A stretch of DNA of 61,638 bases from an uncultured bacterium (GTDB lineage: Bacteria > JAAXHH01), in the NCBI GenBank assembly GCA_913051705.1, contig CAJXCW010000002.1, positions 1 through 61,638 on the forward strand, written 5' to 3'. The position numbers were made by a program, and so were the translations under genes. The notes under the pieces were generated by a model, which searched no databases, was not told the origin of the DNA, and saw nothing but the letters and a program-made list of their open reading frames with translations. Positions 27,465 to 39,031 of this stretch are shown one piece after another; within the stretch, counting starts at the first letter, position 1; each line of letters opens with the position of its first letter.

Positions 27465-28487
27465 ATGGATAAAATCTATCCGGTCGGAAAATTACCCACG
27501 GAAGACCTTGATCGCATTCTGCAAACTTATGCTTCCGGAACAGATGACAGAGTGCTTGTCGGACCCGGCGTCGGGCAAGATGCTGCAGTCATCTCATTCG
27601 GCGCTCAGGTTCTGGTGGCAAAAACAGATCCAATTACGTTTGCTACCGATCAGATAGGATGGTATGCCGTACACATCAATGCCAATGACATCGCTGCGAT
27701 GGGCGCCGTGCCCAAATGGTTTCTGGCCACGATCCTGCTCCCCGAAGGAAAAACGACGCCGGTGATGATTGACCAGATTTTCGCCGGTCTATCAGAAGCC
27801 TGCGATGAACTCAAGATCACCTTATGCGGTGGCCATACGGAAGTTACCCATGGTCTCGACCGACCTGTAATCGTCGGCCAAATGCTTGGTGAAGCGGCGT
27901 CCGATCAGTTTGTATCCGCCGGCGATGCGCAAATAGGAGATCAAATTATACTCACCAAAGGCATCGCAATCGAAGCCACCGCGCTCATTGCCATTGAAAA
28001 AAGTGATACATTAAAAAACACATTTTCTGAAGACTTCTTAGACACTTGTCGTCAATACTTAAAATACCCTGGTCTCAGCGTTGTAAAAGATGCACACATT
28101 GCGATGGAAACAGGTGGTGTGCACGCCATGCATGATCCTACCGAAGGCGGATTGGCGACGGGATTGCGCGAAATCGCTATGGCAGCAAAAGTTGGTCTCC
28201 TGATCGAAGGAGATCAGTTACCCGTGCTACCGGAACCTGATGCGCTTTGCCGCCATTATCATCTTGATCCCATGGGGACGATTGCCTCCGGCGCACTCGT
28301 TATGACGGTAGATTCGGCTTATTCCTCTCAAATTATAAACCGGTTGGCCGCGGCGGATATTTCTGCTACGGTCATTGGTCTCGTCCAACCCCCGGAATTC
28401 GGACTCCAAATACGACGACGCGGAACACTAGGCCCTTTACCGACGTTTAATCGAGATGAAATCGGAAAAATTTTTGAAGCAGAATAA
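27465..28487 (+). CDS. AIR synthase (PurM/HypE-like) family protein
   Basis: GQDAAV, TDPIT, NANDIA, GGHTEVT, MHDPTEGGL. Confidence 0.82.
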   Translation: MDKIYPVGKLPTEDLDRILQTYASGTDDRVLVGPGVGQDAAVISFGAQVLVAKTDPITFATDQIGWYAVHINANDIAAMGAVPKWFLATILLPEGKTTPVMIDQIFAGLSEACDELKITLCGGHTEVTHGLDRPVIVGQMLGEAASDQFVSAGDAQIGDQIILTKGIAIEATALIAIEKSDTLKNTFSEDFLDTCRQYLKYPGLSVVKDAHIAMETGGVHAMHDPTEGGLATGLREIAMAAKVGLLIEGDQLPVLPEPDALCRHYHLDPMGTIASGALVMTVDSAYSSQIINRLAAADISATVIGLVQPPEFGLQIRRRGTLGPLPTFNRDEIGKIFEAE

Positions 28488-28513
28488 TCATTGGATCGTC
28501 GGGTAAAAAAAAC

Positions 28514-28542
28514 TTGCCATCATCAAGGAGGCTGGTTAGATT
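28514..28542 (+). promoter_or_regulatory. Sigma-70-type promoter for smg-topA
   Basis: TTGCCA-17 nt-TAGATT. Confidence 0.5.
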
Positions 28543-28634
28543 GCGTGTCGCAAGATCTATGACTGGAAAGGCTCGAAGACTTTCATCATCATCGGTTTTA
28601 TTGATTATGAAATTTGCGTTTTGAGGAGACACCC

Positions 28635-29105
28635 ATGGAAAAGGTGATGGAAATTATCGTTCTCCTGATGAAGCATATGCAGGACGAACAGGGACGTTTT
28701 AATGATATTGCTGATGTCTCCCAAACGCTTGTCGGATCTGGCTATACGCAACAGGAGGTCAATACTGCTTTTGCCTGGCTTTTTGAACGGATGCAAGCAC
28801 AGGCAGAGACGATCGTGGATCCGGCAAAACCATTACGGCACAAGCCAAACCGTATCTTGCATACCATTGAACAATTGATTATCAGTCCTGCAGCTTATGG
28901 ATACCTGATAGAACTCCGTGCACTGGGACTTACCGATGACGTCCAAACGGAACTAATCATCGAACGTGCGATGCTCACAGGAGCACGTTCGATTACTAAG
29001 GATGATATTAAAGCGATTGCAGCTTCGATTTTGCTGGACCCGGAATCTGGACAGAATGCGATCTGGCTGCAGGATGATATGGATGAAAATACGTTATTAA
29101 ATTAA
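28635..29105 (+). CDS. smg: DUF494 (Smg) family protein
   Basis: GYTQQEVNTAFAWL, RILH..E, GYLIEL..LGL; upstream of topA; GAGGAG RBS. Confidence 0.75.
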   Translation: MEKVMEIIVLLMKHMQDEQGRFNDIADVSQTLVGSGYTQQEVNTAFAWLFERMQAQAETIVDPAKPLRHKPNRILHTIEQLIISPAAYGYLIELRALGLTDDVQTELIIERAMLTGARSITKDDIKAIAASILLDPESGQNAIWLQDDMDENTLLN

Positions 29106-29158
29106 TACAGTATTATACATCCATCACATCCAAAAACTTTTGATATTTATATACACAT

Positions 29159-31411
29159 ATGCCCAAATCACTCGTTATTGTTGAATCCCCTGCTAAAGCC
29201 AAAACCATAAAAAAATTCCTGGGTAAAGATTTCGATATCAAAGCCTCGGTAGGTCATGTTCGCGACTTACCTCAAAAGGGGCTGGGGGTCGATATTCATA
29301 ACAAATTCAAGCCCGAATATGTAACGATTAGTGGAAAAGAAAAGGTGCTGAAGGAGCTGCGCAGTGCGGCAAAGGAGGCTGACCATATATACCTTGCAAC
29401 AGATCCGGACCGTGAAGGAGAAGCGATCGCTTGGCATGTGGCAAGTCAGCTGGGTAAAAACAAAAATATTGGCCGTGTTCTATTCCACGAAATCACTCCT
29501 CACGCCGTCCGGACAGCTATCCAGAATCCTATCCCGATAGATATGCAGAAAGTGAACGCCCAGCAGGCCAGACGCGTCATGGATCGCATTGTAGGCTATC
29601 AGGTCAGCCCGTTTCTCTGGAAAACGATTGCCGGCGGATTAAGCGCAGGACGGGTCCAGTCGGTCACCTTACGGCTGATATGTGAACGGGAAGAGGAAAT
29701 AAACAAGTTTGTCACAGAAGAGTACTGGTCTATAATGGCCTTAGTGCAAGGGGATCAGGGGGGGCCATTCCCGGTTAAGTTAATCCGTATCGAGGATAAA
29801 AAAGTCGCCATCTCCGATGAAGCGGCAGCGCATGCCCTGGTTAATGATATCCGGTCGAAGCCTTTTATCGTCTCCAGCATCAAAAAGAAAGGCATGAAAA
29901 GGAATCCTGGCCCGCCGTTTATTACCAGTACGCTTCAACAGGATGCAGCACGCCGTCTGCGATTTTCTGCACAAAAGACCATGATGATTGCCCAGCAACT
30001 TTATGAGGGGCTTGACATAGGAGACGAGGGGAGTATCGGCTTAATCACCTATATGCGTACGGATTCTACACGCATTGCCGATGAGGCGATAAATGACGTA
30101 CGAGAATATATTGAGAAGGAATATGGTTCAGACTATGTGCCTGCCAAACCCCGTCGATATAAAACGAAAGCGGGGGCTCAGGACGCGCATGAAGCCATCC
30201 GACCTACGGCAATGAATCGTGCGCCCCAAAAGGTGAAGACCTTTCTAACCTCAGACCAGTATAAGTTGTATGAACTGATATGGTGCCGGTTCGTCGCGTC
30301 ACAAATGAAGTCTGCGCTGTTCGATGTAACTACGGTAGATGTTATGGCTGGTGAATATCTGTTCCGTGTAACAGGTTCTACCCCCAAATTCACCGGTTTC
30401 CTCAAAGTGTATGGGGAAACGGTGGATGAGGATGCCGAGCAAGAAGAGAACAGCTCTATTCCCCCGCTTAAGGAAAAAGAAACGCTGGCGTTACAGGACT
30501 TACAGTCAAAACAGCATTTCACACAGCCACCGCCGCGGTATACCGAAGCCTCACTTATTAAAGAGCTGGAAGCCAAACAGATCGGCCGTCCGAGCACCTA
30601 TGCGCAAATTATCAGTACGTTGCGCAAGCGGAAGTACGTGACCATAAAAAGAAGCCGATTTACACCGTCCGATCTGGGAAATGCGGTCAACTTCATTCTT
30701 GTATCCGCATTTCCGGATCTTTTTGACGTCGCGTTTACGGCCAAAATGGAAGATGCGCTCGATCAAATAGAAACAGGTAATCTCGAATGGGTCAGTATTT
30801 TATCGGAATTCTACCATCCCTTCAGCGAACGACTTCAAGAAGTGAATGCCCAGCGTACGGAATTGAAGAAGTCCCTCACCGAAAAAACAGATGAGGCCTG
30901 TGAAAAATGCGGTAAGCTTTTGGTGATCCGATGGGGACGTAACGGGCGTTTTCTGGCCTGTTCCGGATATCCTTCCTGTAAAAACACCAAACCGCTTGAA
31001 GCGGCTGATCCGGAAATTCAGCAGTCAAACGAAGTGTGTGATACCTGCGGCGAACCGATGGTAGTAAAGAAAGGTCGATATGGCGCCTTTTTAGCTTGTA
31101 GCGCCTACCCCGAATGTAAACGAACACGACCGATCAACCTTGGAATCTTATGTCCTGAAGAGGGATGCAAAGGCTATTTGACGCGCCGCCGCTCACAACG
31201 GGGCAGGACGTTTTACGGATGCAGCAACTATCCGGATTGTAAGTTTGTCGTTTGGGATCCTCCTGTTAATCAGGCCTGTCCCTCATGCCAGTTTCCAGTG
31301 ATGGTGGAGAAGTCGGATAAATCCGGTGACACATCATTAAAATGTCCACGGTGTAACCATCTTATGAAACAGATCAGCGATGAGGTGTCGGTCGAATCAG
31401 CATCAACTTGA
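29159..31411 (+). CDS. topA: DNA topoisomerase I
   Basis: VIVESPAKAK, ATDPDREGE, SAGRVQS, ITYMRTDS, C-terminal zinc ribbons. Confidence 0.97.
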   Translation: MPKSLVIVESPAKAKTIKKFLGKDFDIKASVGHVRDLPQKGLGVDIHNKFKPEYVTISGKEKVLKELRSAAKEADHIYLATDPDREGEAIAWHVASQLGKNKNIGRVLFHEITPHAVRTAIQNPIPIDMQKVNAQQARRVMDRIVGYQVSPFLWKTIAGGLSAGRVQSVTLRLICEREEEINKFVTEEYWSIMALVQGDQGGPFPVKLIRIEDKKVAISDEAAAHALVNDIRSKPFIVSSIKKKGMKRNPGPPFITSTLQQDAARRLRFSAQKTMMIAQQLYEGLDIGDEGSIGLITYMRTDSTRIADEAINDVREYIEKEYGSDYVPAKPRRYKTKAGAQDAHEAIRPTAMNRAPQKVKTFLTSDQYKLYELIWCRFVASQMKSALFDVTTVDVMAGEYLFRVTGSTPKFTGFLKVYGETVDEDAEQEENSSIPPLKEKETLALQDLQSKQHFTQPPPRYTEASLIKELEAKQIGRPSTYAQIISTLRKRKYVTIKRSRFTPSDLGNAVNFILVSAFPDLFDVAFTAKMEDALDQIETGNLEWVSILSEFYHPFSERLQEVNAQRTELKKSLTEKTDEACEKCGKLLVIRWGRNGRFLACSGYPSCKNTKPLEAADPEIQQSNEVCDTCGEPMVVKKGRYGAFLACSAYPECKRTRPINLGILCPEEGCKGYLTRRRSQRGRTFYGCSNYPDCKFVVWDPPVNQACPSCQFPVMVEKSDKSGDTSLKCPRCNHLMKQISDEVSVESAST

Positions 31412-31468
31412 TAAAATCAATGGGGATGAACAGATCACGGATGCGTTACAATCTGTAATGGACATACC

Positions 31469-32377
31469 ATGGATGCGTTGATTGAATGTTTTCTGGATCA
31501 CTTGCATATTGAGCGTAATTATTCTGCTCATACCCGAGCTGCCTACAGCCTGGATCTTCGGCAATTTCTGACCTTTCTGCAGGAGCGTCTGCCGGAGGCC
31601 GAGGCCATCGAGCCTACCCGGATCAATAAATCTATTATTCGAGCCTTCTTAGGCCACCTGCATCAAAATGGGTATGCTCGGCGTACCATCGCCCGACGGT
31701 TTGCCGCCTTGCGGTCTTTTTTTCATTACCTTTGCCGTGAAGGACTCATGGCCGTCAATCCTACCTTATATCTTACCACACCGAAATGGGATCAGCGGCT
31801 ACCGCGTTTTTTAGATCAATCTCAAATAGAGGCCTTGCTTGAAAAGCCTGACCGCTCTGAGATGTTGGGGATGCGGGATGCGGCGATGCTGGAGTTACTG
31901 TACGGTACGGGCATGCGTCTGTCGGAATTGGTGGGGCTGAATGTCCGATCCATCGATCTGATTGAAGAACGGATCAGGGTGATAGGCAAAGGGGATAAAG
32001 AGCGTATCATTCCCCTTGGAGGACATGCTCTGGCAGGTTTGAAAGCGTACTTTAAAGTCCGACCGCGGCTATTAAGAAAGACCAATCAGAACAAAATTCG
32101 AGAGGATGCCTTATTCGTCAATCAAAGGGGCCAACGCCTGACAGGTCGGGGGGTACAGATGATCCTGGCCCGGTATGGACTGGAAATTGGCCAGAAACGC
32201 TTGACGCCGCATATGCTCCGGCACACGGTCGCCACGCATTTACTGGACGCAGGCGCTGATTTAATGGCGGTTAAGGAACTATTGGGACACGAACGCCTGT
32301 CCACCACCCAGATCTATACCCATGTCGCCCTCGATCGGCTAAAAAAGACATACGAAAAAGCGCACCCCCGTGCCTGA
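31469..32377 (+). CDS. xerC: Tyrosine recombinase XerC
   Basis: GMRLSE, GKGDKER, HMLRH, LLGH, TTQIY; topA-xerC-hslVU context. Confidence 0.9.
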   Translation: MDALIECFLDHLHIERNYSAHTRAAYSLDLRQFLTFLQERLPEAEAIEPTRINKSIIRAFLGHLHQNGYARRTIARRFAALRSFFHYLCREGLMAVNPTLYLTTPKWDQRLPRFLDQSQIEALLEKPDRSEMLGMRDAAMLELLYGTGMRLSELVGLNVRSIDLIEERIRVIGKGDKERIIPLGGHALAGLKAYFKVRPRLLRKTNQNKIREDALFVNQRGQRLTGRGVQMILARYGLEIGQKRLTPHMLRHTVATHLLDAGADLMAVKELLGHERLSTTQIYTHVALDRLKKTYEKAHPRA

Positions 32378-32397
32378 TCAGGATCCTCGATATAAAT

Positions 32398-32937
32398 ATG
32401 ACACCTATACGATCAACAACAATTCTCGGTGTGCGAGATGATAAAAAAGTCGTGCTTGGTGGTGATGGCCAGGTCTCTCTGGGGGATACCGTGATGAAGC
32501 AGTCGGCGAACAAAATTCGGCGTATGTACGATGACCGGATTCTGGCCGGATTCGCCGGAGCCGCAGCGGATGGATTGACCTTGTTTACCTTATTCGAATC
32601 CAAACTCGATGAGTATCGTGGTAATCTGGTCCGTGCCGTGGTCGAATTCACCAAAGACTGGCGGTCAGACCGCTATCTGCGACAGTTGGAGGCCTTGCTC
32701 GTCGTTATGGACACCCAGTATTCATTCGTCGTGTCGGGCAATGGAGATATTATAGAGCCGGATGATGGGATCACCGCCATAGGATCAGGCGGCCCGTACG
32801 CGCTGGCCGCCGCCCGTGGTTTAATAACCCATTCCGAGCTTGATGCCCGGCAGATCGTAGAAGCGTCACTGTCTATCGCGGCGTCAATCTGTGTATATAC
32901 CAATGACCAACTTACAATAGAAGAATTGTCGATCTGA
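32398..32937 (+). CDS. hslV: ATP-dependent protease subunit HslV
   Basis: STTIL, GDGQV, GFAG, IGSGG, CVYTN. Confidence 0.96.
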   Translation: MTPIRSTTILGVRDDKKVVLGGDGQVSLGDTVMKQSANKIRRMYDDRILAGFAGAAADGLTLFTLFESKLDEYRGNLVRAVVEFTKDWRSDRYLRQLEALLVVMDTQYSFVVSGNGDIIEPDDGITAIGSGGPYALAAARGLITHSELDARQIVEASLSIAASICVYTNDQLTIEELSI

Positions 32938-33017
32938 ATCGATACGCAGAAGCCGCGTAACATCAGTATGCTTTGTTATTGGTTCATTGTTTTTGGAAAA
33001 GACAGGTAACACCCTCG

Positions 33018-34349
33018 ATGCAAGATTTGACTCCAAAACAAATAGTTGCTGCATTGGACCACTATATTATTGGCCAGGATAAAGCCAAGCGGGCGGTGGC
33101 GATTGCCTTGCGAAACCGATGGCGCCGCCGCCAGGTCCCTTCAGATATGCGCGATGAGATTATGCCCAATAATATCATTATGATTGGCCCTACAGGTGTC
33201 GGCAAAACGGAAATAGCACGTCGCCTGGCCGATCTGGCGCATGCGCCCTTCTTGAAGGTGGAAGCCTCAAAATTCACGGAAGTAGGTTACGTTGGTCGAG
33301 ACGTGGAATCCATGATTCGGGATTTGACGGATCTGGCGGTCAGCAAAGTTAAAGAAGAAAAGACCTTAGCCGTACAGGCTGATGCGATAGCGATGGCTGA
33401 AGAACGCTTGCTGGATCTGTTATTGACCCCGTTGGAAAGCGATATGGAAGGTCAGGAGGACCGGTGGGAGAGGACAAGGGCGAAACTACGGGGTCGGCTT
33501 CAAAAAGGTGAACTGGATGATCAGATGGTCGAACTGGAAACTTCTTCTGAACAGACTCCGATGATCGAGGTTATCTCACCCATGGGCCTGGAAGATATGG
33601 GGGTTAATATACAGGAAATGTTCGGCGGGCTGTTGCCGAAACGTACCAAGCAACGCCGTGTTAATGTCGTAGAAGCTCAGAGGATTCTTACACAGGAAGA
33701 AGCCCAGAAGTTAATCGATTTTGATGATGTCGTCGCCGAAGCTGTCCAACGGGTAGAAATATCGGGCATCGTGTTTTTGGATGAAATCGACAAAATCGCC
33801 GGTGGTGAACACAGAACCGGGAACCCGGATATATCCCGTGAAGGGGTACAGAGAGACCTGTTACCCATTGTCGAAGGATCAAATGTAATGACCAAGTACG
33901 GTATGGTGCGTACGGATCATATCCTGTTTATCGCAGCTGGCGCCTTTCATGTTGCTAAACCATCTGATTTGATCCCGGAATTACAGGGCCGCTTTCCTAT
34001 TCGGGTGGAACTCGATCCATTAACCAGAGAAGATTTCACCCGTATTCTTATCGAACCGCAAAATGCGTTACTCAAACAGTATATAGAATTACTGAAGCCG
34101 GAAGGGGTCAAAATATCCTTTACCAGAGGGGCGATTGAAGAAATTGCCGAAACCGCTACCGTTGTTAACGAACAGGCCCAGAACATCGGCGCTCGTCGTT
34201 TACATACCATCATGACGACCCTGCTTGAAGATCTGTTGTTCGAGGTTCCTGATGCCTCAATATCTTCCAAACGTATTACCCGCGCTCATGTGCGTGAAAA
34301 GCTTCAAGATATTGTCTCAGACGAAGATCTCAGCAGGTATATCTTATAA
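33018..34349 (+). CDS. hslU: ATP-dependent protease ATPase HslU
   Basis: [30 protein letters not shown]. Confidence 0.97.
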   Translation: MQDLTPKQIVAALDHYIIGQDKAKRAVAIALRNRWRRRQVPSDMRDEIMPNNIIMIGPTGVGKTEIARRLADLAHAPFLKVEASKFTEVGYVGRDVESMIRDLTDLAVSKVKEEKTLAVQADAIAMAEERLLDLLLTPLESDMEGQEDRWERTRAKLRGRLQKGELDDQMVELETSSEQTPMIEVISPMGLEDMGVNIQEMFGGLLPKRTKQRRVNVVEAQRILTQEEAQKLIDFDDVVAEAVQRVEISGIVFLDEIDKIAGGEHRTGNPDISREGVQRDLLPIVEGSNVMTKYGMVRTDHILFIAAGAFHVAKPSDLIPELQGRFPIRVELDPLTREDFTRILIEPQNALLKQYIELLKPEGVKISFTRGAIEEIAETATVVNEQAQNIGARRLHTIMTTLLEDLLFEVPDASISSKRITRAHVREKLQDIVSDEDLSRYIL

Positions 34350-34376
34350 TAAGAATCAGCTCCCTTAATCTATTCT

Positions 34377-36104
34377 ATGCTGCTCCCCGCACGCCGTACT
34401 CCGCACGCCGCATTTCAATACTGCCTATTCCTCCTGCTGATCCTGGTAACCTGTGCTCAGGAAGTCGCCCCTCCCGGTGGTCCGCCCGATACCTTTGCTC
34501 CGTATGTAGTTAATATTATGCCGCCTGACGGAACCATCCGGGTCGCTACCGACACCTCACCGGTGATTACCTTTAACGAGCGTATAGATCTCAGATCGCT
34601 CGATGATGCCGTCTTTATTGTGCCGTTGATCCCGTTTAAATTTAAATCAAACTGGGATGGCAACGAGATTACGATTGAGTTTGAAGAATCGCTTCAGCAG
34701 GACAAAACGTATGTGATCACAATCGGTACCACTGTGCGCGATCTCCGTAACAACCGTTTGACCTCTGCCGTGGTGTATGCTTTTTCTACCGGAGCTCTAA
34801 TAGATCAGGGAGAGATAAACGGTATGGTCGTCATGAACCAGCGTCCTGCAGTCGGTGCCTTTATGTGGGCCTACAATATTCGGATGAAACCTTCTCCCGA
34901 TCCGGCCGAAATCCCCCCGGATTATATTGTACAGACCGGGGAGGACGGTTTTTTTCGTTTTACCAATCTATCCCTGGAAACCTACCGGGTCTTCGCGTTC
35001 AGAGACCAGGGAAGAGATCGTCGATATGATATCAGCCGGGATCCGTTGGGGGTACCCACAAGGGATGTGATCCTGTCGGAGGAGGAGATCTCGAGCAGTC
35101 CGCTCTGGTTTCAACTGGCGGTTCGGGACACCGTGGCTATGTATGTGAGTACCACGCGCGCTGTTCATAATCGGCAGGTCAGTATTCGGTTGAGTAAAGC
35201 GGCAGATGCCGAAACGGCAGCAGATACCGATAATTATAGCATAGTCGATACGGAAAGTGGTGATACGCTGGAAGTTCTGACCGCCTATCGGGATATGCCG
35301 GATTCGACATCGATCACGGTATTAACGGCGCCTCAAACATCGGGAAGGTCCTATAGCCTGACCTTATTAAACCTCCGAGATTATGAAGGGGGATTAATCT
35401 ACACGACCGGTAATACGACCAGTTTTATCGGTTCTTCCAGAGAGGACACCGCCCCGCCCGAACTAAAGACGATATGGCCGGCCAACCGCGCCCGGGATGT
35501 GCCGTTACGACCGGATATTCGTTTTACTTTTAACGAACCTGTCACGATGGAAGATAATGCGGTTACCCTGGTCGATACTTCAGATCAGATCGTTGCGGGC
35601 ACGCTTCAATGGACCTCTCCCACGATAGCCGTTCTGCGTCCAGACAGAATCCTGGTTTCGAATATGCAATATACCATCCATATTCTTATTAATCGGATTC
35701 ATGACCTGGCAGATCAACAGCTTCAAAACTTGAACAGTGAATCGGATTCAATCAGCTATCTGTTTTCTACCGTTGATCCCAATGAATACGGGATGATATC
35801 CGGATTAATAGCGGATGAGGATTCTACCGCGACGGGATCGATCAACATTTCAATTTCTAATATATCGAATAGAAACAATACGTATCAGACACGGATTCCC
35901 TCTCCCGGTTCCTATCGCTTTGATGAACTCCTGCCGGGCCGTTACACCGTGTACGCGTATAGGGACGCAAATCAAAACGGTCGATTCGATTTCGGCGCTG
36001 TAGTCCCCTTTACACCGGCAGAACGCGCCATCGTTTATCCGGATACCATACCGGTACGGTCAGGCTGGGAATCGGAAGGTATCGACCTGAGGATCAGGCC
36101 GTGA
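34377..36104 (+). CDS. Ig-like (Big_5) domain lipoprotein
   Basis: Signal ending in VTC; PPGGPPD, repeated FNE Ig-like units, DANQNGRFD. Confidence 0.75.
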   Translation: MLLPARRTPHAAFQYCLFLLLILVTCAQEVAPPGGPPDTFAPYVVNIMPPDGTIRVATDTSPVITFNERIDLRSLDDAVFIVPLIPFKFKSNWDGNEITIEFEESLQQDKTYVITIGTTVRDLRNNRLTSAVVYAFSTGALIDQGEINGMVVMNQRPAVGAFMWAYNIRMKPSPDPAEIPPDYIVQTGEDGFFRFTNLSLETYRVFAFRDQGRDRRYDISRDPLGVPTRDVILSEEEISSSPLWFQLAVRDTVAMYVSTTRAVHNRQVSIRLSKAADAETAADTDNYSIVDTESGDTLEVLTAYRDMPDSTSITVLTAPQTSGRSYSLTLLNLRDYEGGLIYTTGNTTSFIGSSREDTAPPELKTIWPANRARDVPLRPDIRFTFNEPVTMEDNAVTLVDTSDQIVAGTLQWTSPTIAVLRPDRILVSNMQYTIHILINRIHDLADQQLQNLNSESDSISYLFSTVDPNEYGMISGLIADEDSTATGSINISISNISNRNNTYQTRIPSPGSYRFDELLPGRYTVYAYRDANQNGRFDFGAVVPFTPAERAIVYPDTIPVRSGWESEGIDLRIRP

Positions 36105-36127
36105 CTGTGGCCATATTTACGCATGTC

Positions 36128-36156
36128 TTGACAGTTTTTAAAATGGCATTTATAGA
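36128..36156 (+). promoter_or_regulatory. Sigma-70-type promoter
   Basis: TTGACA-17 nt-TATAGA. Confidence 0.45.
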
Positions 36157-36304
36157 TTATGGTTATTATAATAGATAGTCATAGATGATTACGGGGTCTT
36201 TTGAATAAAGAGGCGATAACCATTGTAAATTCCAAAGTCCCCTTTTATAATTTTGCTGCAGAGGATGTTGTATTTTTAGGGATGCAGGTTACCAGGAGAA
36301 TGTA

Positions 36305-37162
36305 ATGAGTATTTCGCTTCAGGAGACTGTGGAGACGTTAGAATCTCAGGGCATCGTAACCGTGGAGGGAATATTTTCCGAGCGGGAGACAGCCGACTTC
36401 CGCCGTTTGCTGGACCAGACCATTGAAGAGGCTTCTCAAGTAGAGGTCTATAAGGGACGGCCGACGGACAAGTTACTTGGCAAATCAAAAGATACCGTCT
36501 GGCTTCTCTGGGAGCTCTACGGGGTTTGTGAGGGAGGGTTGCACTATACCCGCCATCCCGCTATTGTACAGGTTCTGGAAGAGGCGTTTGGAGAGCCGGT
36601 TATACAGGCCAGTATAGGAACGATGTTCGATAAGGTGGCCGGCGGAGATGCTGCAATCGGTTGGCATCAGGACAATTTTTTTATCGTCAATCCACCGGAA
36701 GGAGAAGAGGAGAATCTGGATAAATACTGGCATCAATTCGGCCATGTGCATGTTCGTCCGGCAGAAATTGATTGGCGTGAAGATTATTTGAAGAAGACCA
36801 TTATTGTCCGCATAAATGTCGATCCTCAGACCGTCGAGAACGGTGCCATGGCTGTGATACCGGGATCATATCAGGAGGGTCCTTTAGAATTACGAGAGGA
36901 TGGCGAAGCGTACATCAAACAACATGAATCAGAGGCTGTGGTTTGTACCGCAGGGGAAGGCAGTGTGTCCTTTTACTTCCCGGGTATGCTCCATAGTTCA
37001 TTCCCGAGCGTGGCGCCGGTAGGTACCCATCGGCGGGCAGCCGCTCACAGGGTTCGCGCAGCCAGTTTACAGCTCCCCGGATGGAAATGGCCCACCGATT
37101 GGGAAGGTGGTATCCATCAGATCAAAGCGGAATCCGGTTTCGACCTGAATCCTTTTATGTAA
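36305..37162 (+). CDS. Phytanoyl-CoA dioxygenase (PhyH) family 2OG-Fe(II) oxygenase
   Basis: WHQD, ENGAMAVIPGS, LHSS, RRA. Confidence 0.8.
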   Translation: MSISLQETVETLESQGIVTVEGIFSERETADFRRLLDQTIEEASQVEVYKGRPTDKLLGKSKDTVWLLWELYGVCEGGLHYTRHPAIVQVLEEAFGEPVIQASIGTMFDKVAGGDAAIGWHQDNFFIVNPPEGEEENLDKYWHQFGHVHVRPAEIDWREDYLKKTIIVRINVDPQTVENGAMAVIPGSYQEGPLELREDGEAYIKQHESEAVVCTAGEGSVSFYFPGMLHSSFPSVAPVGTHRRAAAHRVRAASLQLPGWKWPTDWEGGIHQIKAESGFDLNPFM

Positions 37163-37187
37163 TAGACATATCTTAATCGTACAAAAC

Positions 37188-37228
37188 ACAAATGACCGGT
37201 GCTTTAACTACCGGTCATTTGTTGTTTT
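37188..37228. terminator. Terminator between convergent genes
   Basis: acaaatgaccggt-N9-accggtcatttgt with T-rich flanks. Confidence 0.7.
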
Positions 37229-37253
37229 CACCTTCCACCCATCCTTCCGTCCC

Positions 37254-38969
37254 TTATTTTCTGTCCCCTACCTCATCATGCCGACCGACGTAAAGTGCCG
37301 CAAAGGAAGGCGCAAAACCTGACCAGCGGCGATCCCCATATTTATTCAGGTCTATCCCTTTTACCCATGGTTTACTGAGGCTTGCATTAACCAGATTATA
37401 TAAAAACACACCGGCAGTCTGCTGCGCCAGAATCTCCTCCGCCTCTTGATACATACCCACTCGTTTTCTGTCATCAAATTCCTGGGCCGCGTTGTCCACC
37501 AGTCGGTCGAAGACGTCATGCTGCCAATCCTGCCGTCCGGCGCCCGTAGATTGGGACCGCCAGGGCACGGCGATCATATCACTCGGATCCGGGTAATCCA
37601 TGTTGAACCAGAGAAATCCCCATGGAATCTCGTGATTCCGCATGAAGGCGTTGAATGCATTGGTAGATTGCTGGCGTATCTTCATATTGATATTAAGATG
37701 CTCTTTGAGCATTTCCTGAATCGCTACGACCACATTCCATTCATCCGTTGTAGGGGGCTCTCCACGGACCCATAATTCTAAGGAAGGTAATCCTTTCCCA
37801 TCAGGATATCCGGCCTCCGTAAGTAATTGCCGGGCTTGCTCGGGATCAAATTTCTGGTGTGGTTGGAGACGATCAACCTGGTAGCCGGGAAAGCCTTTCG
37901 GCAGCATCCCGTACGCAGGCGTGGCCGCGCCTCCGAGTACGATATTGCAGATGGATTCCCGATCAATAGCGTGTGCTATGGCCTGACGTAGTTTGATATT
38001 GTTGAACGGCGGCCTGGTCGTCTGGAAAATCGTGTAGTAGGTACCGAAGTTTGGAAAAGTAATCAATTCCTGACTGAGCACCGGATCGATTTTGGCGCGT
38101 TGTAAATCCGGCCCGCTTATGCCGATACGATCGAATTCATTGTTCTCATAGGCCGGTAATCCACGCCAGCCGGGCAGGTTGAATTCGAAATCCAGTCTTT
38201 CAAGGTACCCTTTTAAGGGCCCATTATAATACGGATTCAACGTATACGTCATACGAATGCTTTTATCCCAGGTTCCAAGTTGCCAGGTTGAGTTGGAGAC
38301 GCAGTATTCGGGATTCGTCCAGCGCACCCCATATTTTTCCACCTGCCACCTGGGTGCCGGTACAGATGTAAAAAAGGCAAGAATATAGGGCAAAAAGGAG
38401 CAGGGCTCTTCCGTCTCTATCTGAAGTGTCTGGTCATTGATCGCTTTAACACCGATGGTCATTGGATCACTGGTCTGCCCCGTATTTATGGCCTTAGCAC
38501 CTTTAATGGGATAGTAGAAGTAGGCAAATATATTACCGGATGTCGGATTGATCAAACGTCGGAACGACCACTCAAAATCATGGGCGGTGACCGGGCGGCC
38601 ATCACTCCATTTTGCGCCCGGTCGTATCTTGAACGTCCAGGTTTTTTTGTCTTCTCCTACGCTCCAGGATTCTGCCGCTGCCGGTTTCAATTCCAGGTTG
38701 TCGTCAAAGACCACAAGCTGCTCGAACAGAAACGCATTGAACTGGGCGTCGAACAGCGAGATGCCCACATCCAGCGTCGAGGGCTCGATCATGTTAAGGC
38801 GTAAATATTGCTGATCTAACGACGCGGCATCATCCGGCAGCTCTTTACCGACGGTGTTGATCCTGGATGTCGAGACTGCTGTTGACCCTGGCTGCTCTGA
38901 TGGCGTTCCGCAGGCGGCAGTTGTTAATACAATGAAACATAATCCGGCGGCTACAGATTTCAATATCAT
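37254..38969 (-). CDS. Peptide ABC transporter substrate-binding lipoprotein (OppA family), stand-alone
   Basis: Lipobox AAC; AESW, WSDGRPVTAHDF, RQAIAHAIDR, DYPDP. Confidence 0.88.
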   Translation of the reverse strand: MILKSVAAGLCFIVLTTAACGTPSEQPGSTAVSTSRINTVGKELPDDAASLDQQYLRLNMIEPSTLDVGISLFDAQFNAFLFEQLVVFDDNLELKPAAAESWSVGEDKKTWTFKIRPGAKWSDGRPVTAHDFEWSFRRLINPTSGNIFAYFYYPIKGAKAINTGQTSDPMTIGVKAINDQTLQIETEEPCSFLPYILAFFTSVPAPRWQVEKYGVRWTNPEYCVSNSTWQLGTWDKSIRMTYTLNPYYNGPLKGYLERLDFEFNLPGWRGLPAYENNEFDRIGISGPDLQRAKIDPVLSQELITFPNFGTYYTIFQTTRPPFNNIKLRQAIAHAIDRESICNIVLGGAATPAYGMLPKGFPGYQVDRLQPHQKFDPEQARQLLTEAGYPDGKGLPSLELWVRGEPPTTDEWNVVVAIQEMLKEHLNINMKIRQQSTNAFNAFMRNHEIPWGFLWFNMDYPDPSDMIAVPWRSQSTGAGRQDWQHDVFDRLVDNAAQEFDDRKRVGMYQEAEEILAQQTAGVFLYNLVNASLSKPWVKGIDLNKYGDRRWSGFAPSFAALYVGRHDEVGDRK

Positions 38970-38991
38970 ATTAATCCTGCATAGTTGTGAT

Positions 38992-39022
38992 CCGTAGGGG
39001 CGCAAAATATTGCGCGCTACGG
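38992..39022. repeat. GTAG-type REP-like palindrome
   Basis: ccgtaggggcgca-aaatat-tgcgcgctacgg. Confidence 0.55.
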
Positions 39023-39031
39023 TAACCTATT

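Noticed and set aside
27465-28487. SelD to partner the SelA-like gene
   Set aside because: Lacks the N-terminal G-C/U-x-x-K motif; fits the PurM/HypE-like group.
31469-32377. Tyrosine recombinase as a phage or island integrase
   Set aside because: XerC size and motifs in the housekeeping topA-xerC-hslVU context; no cargo or att sites adjacent.
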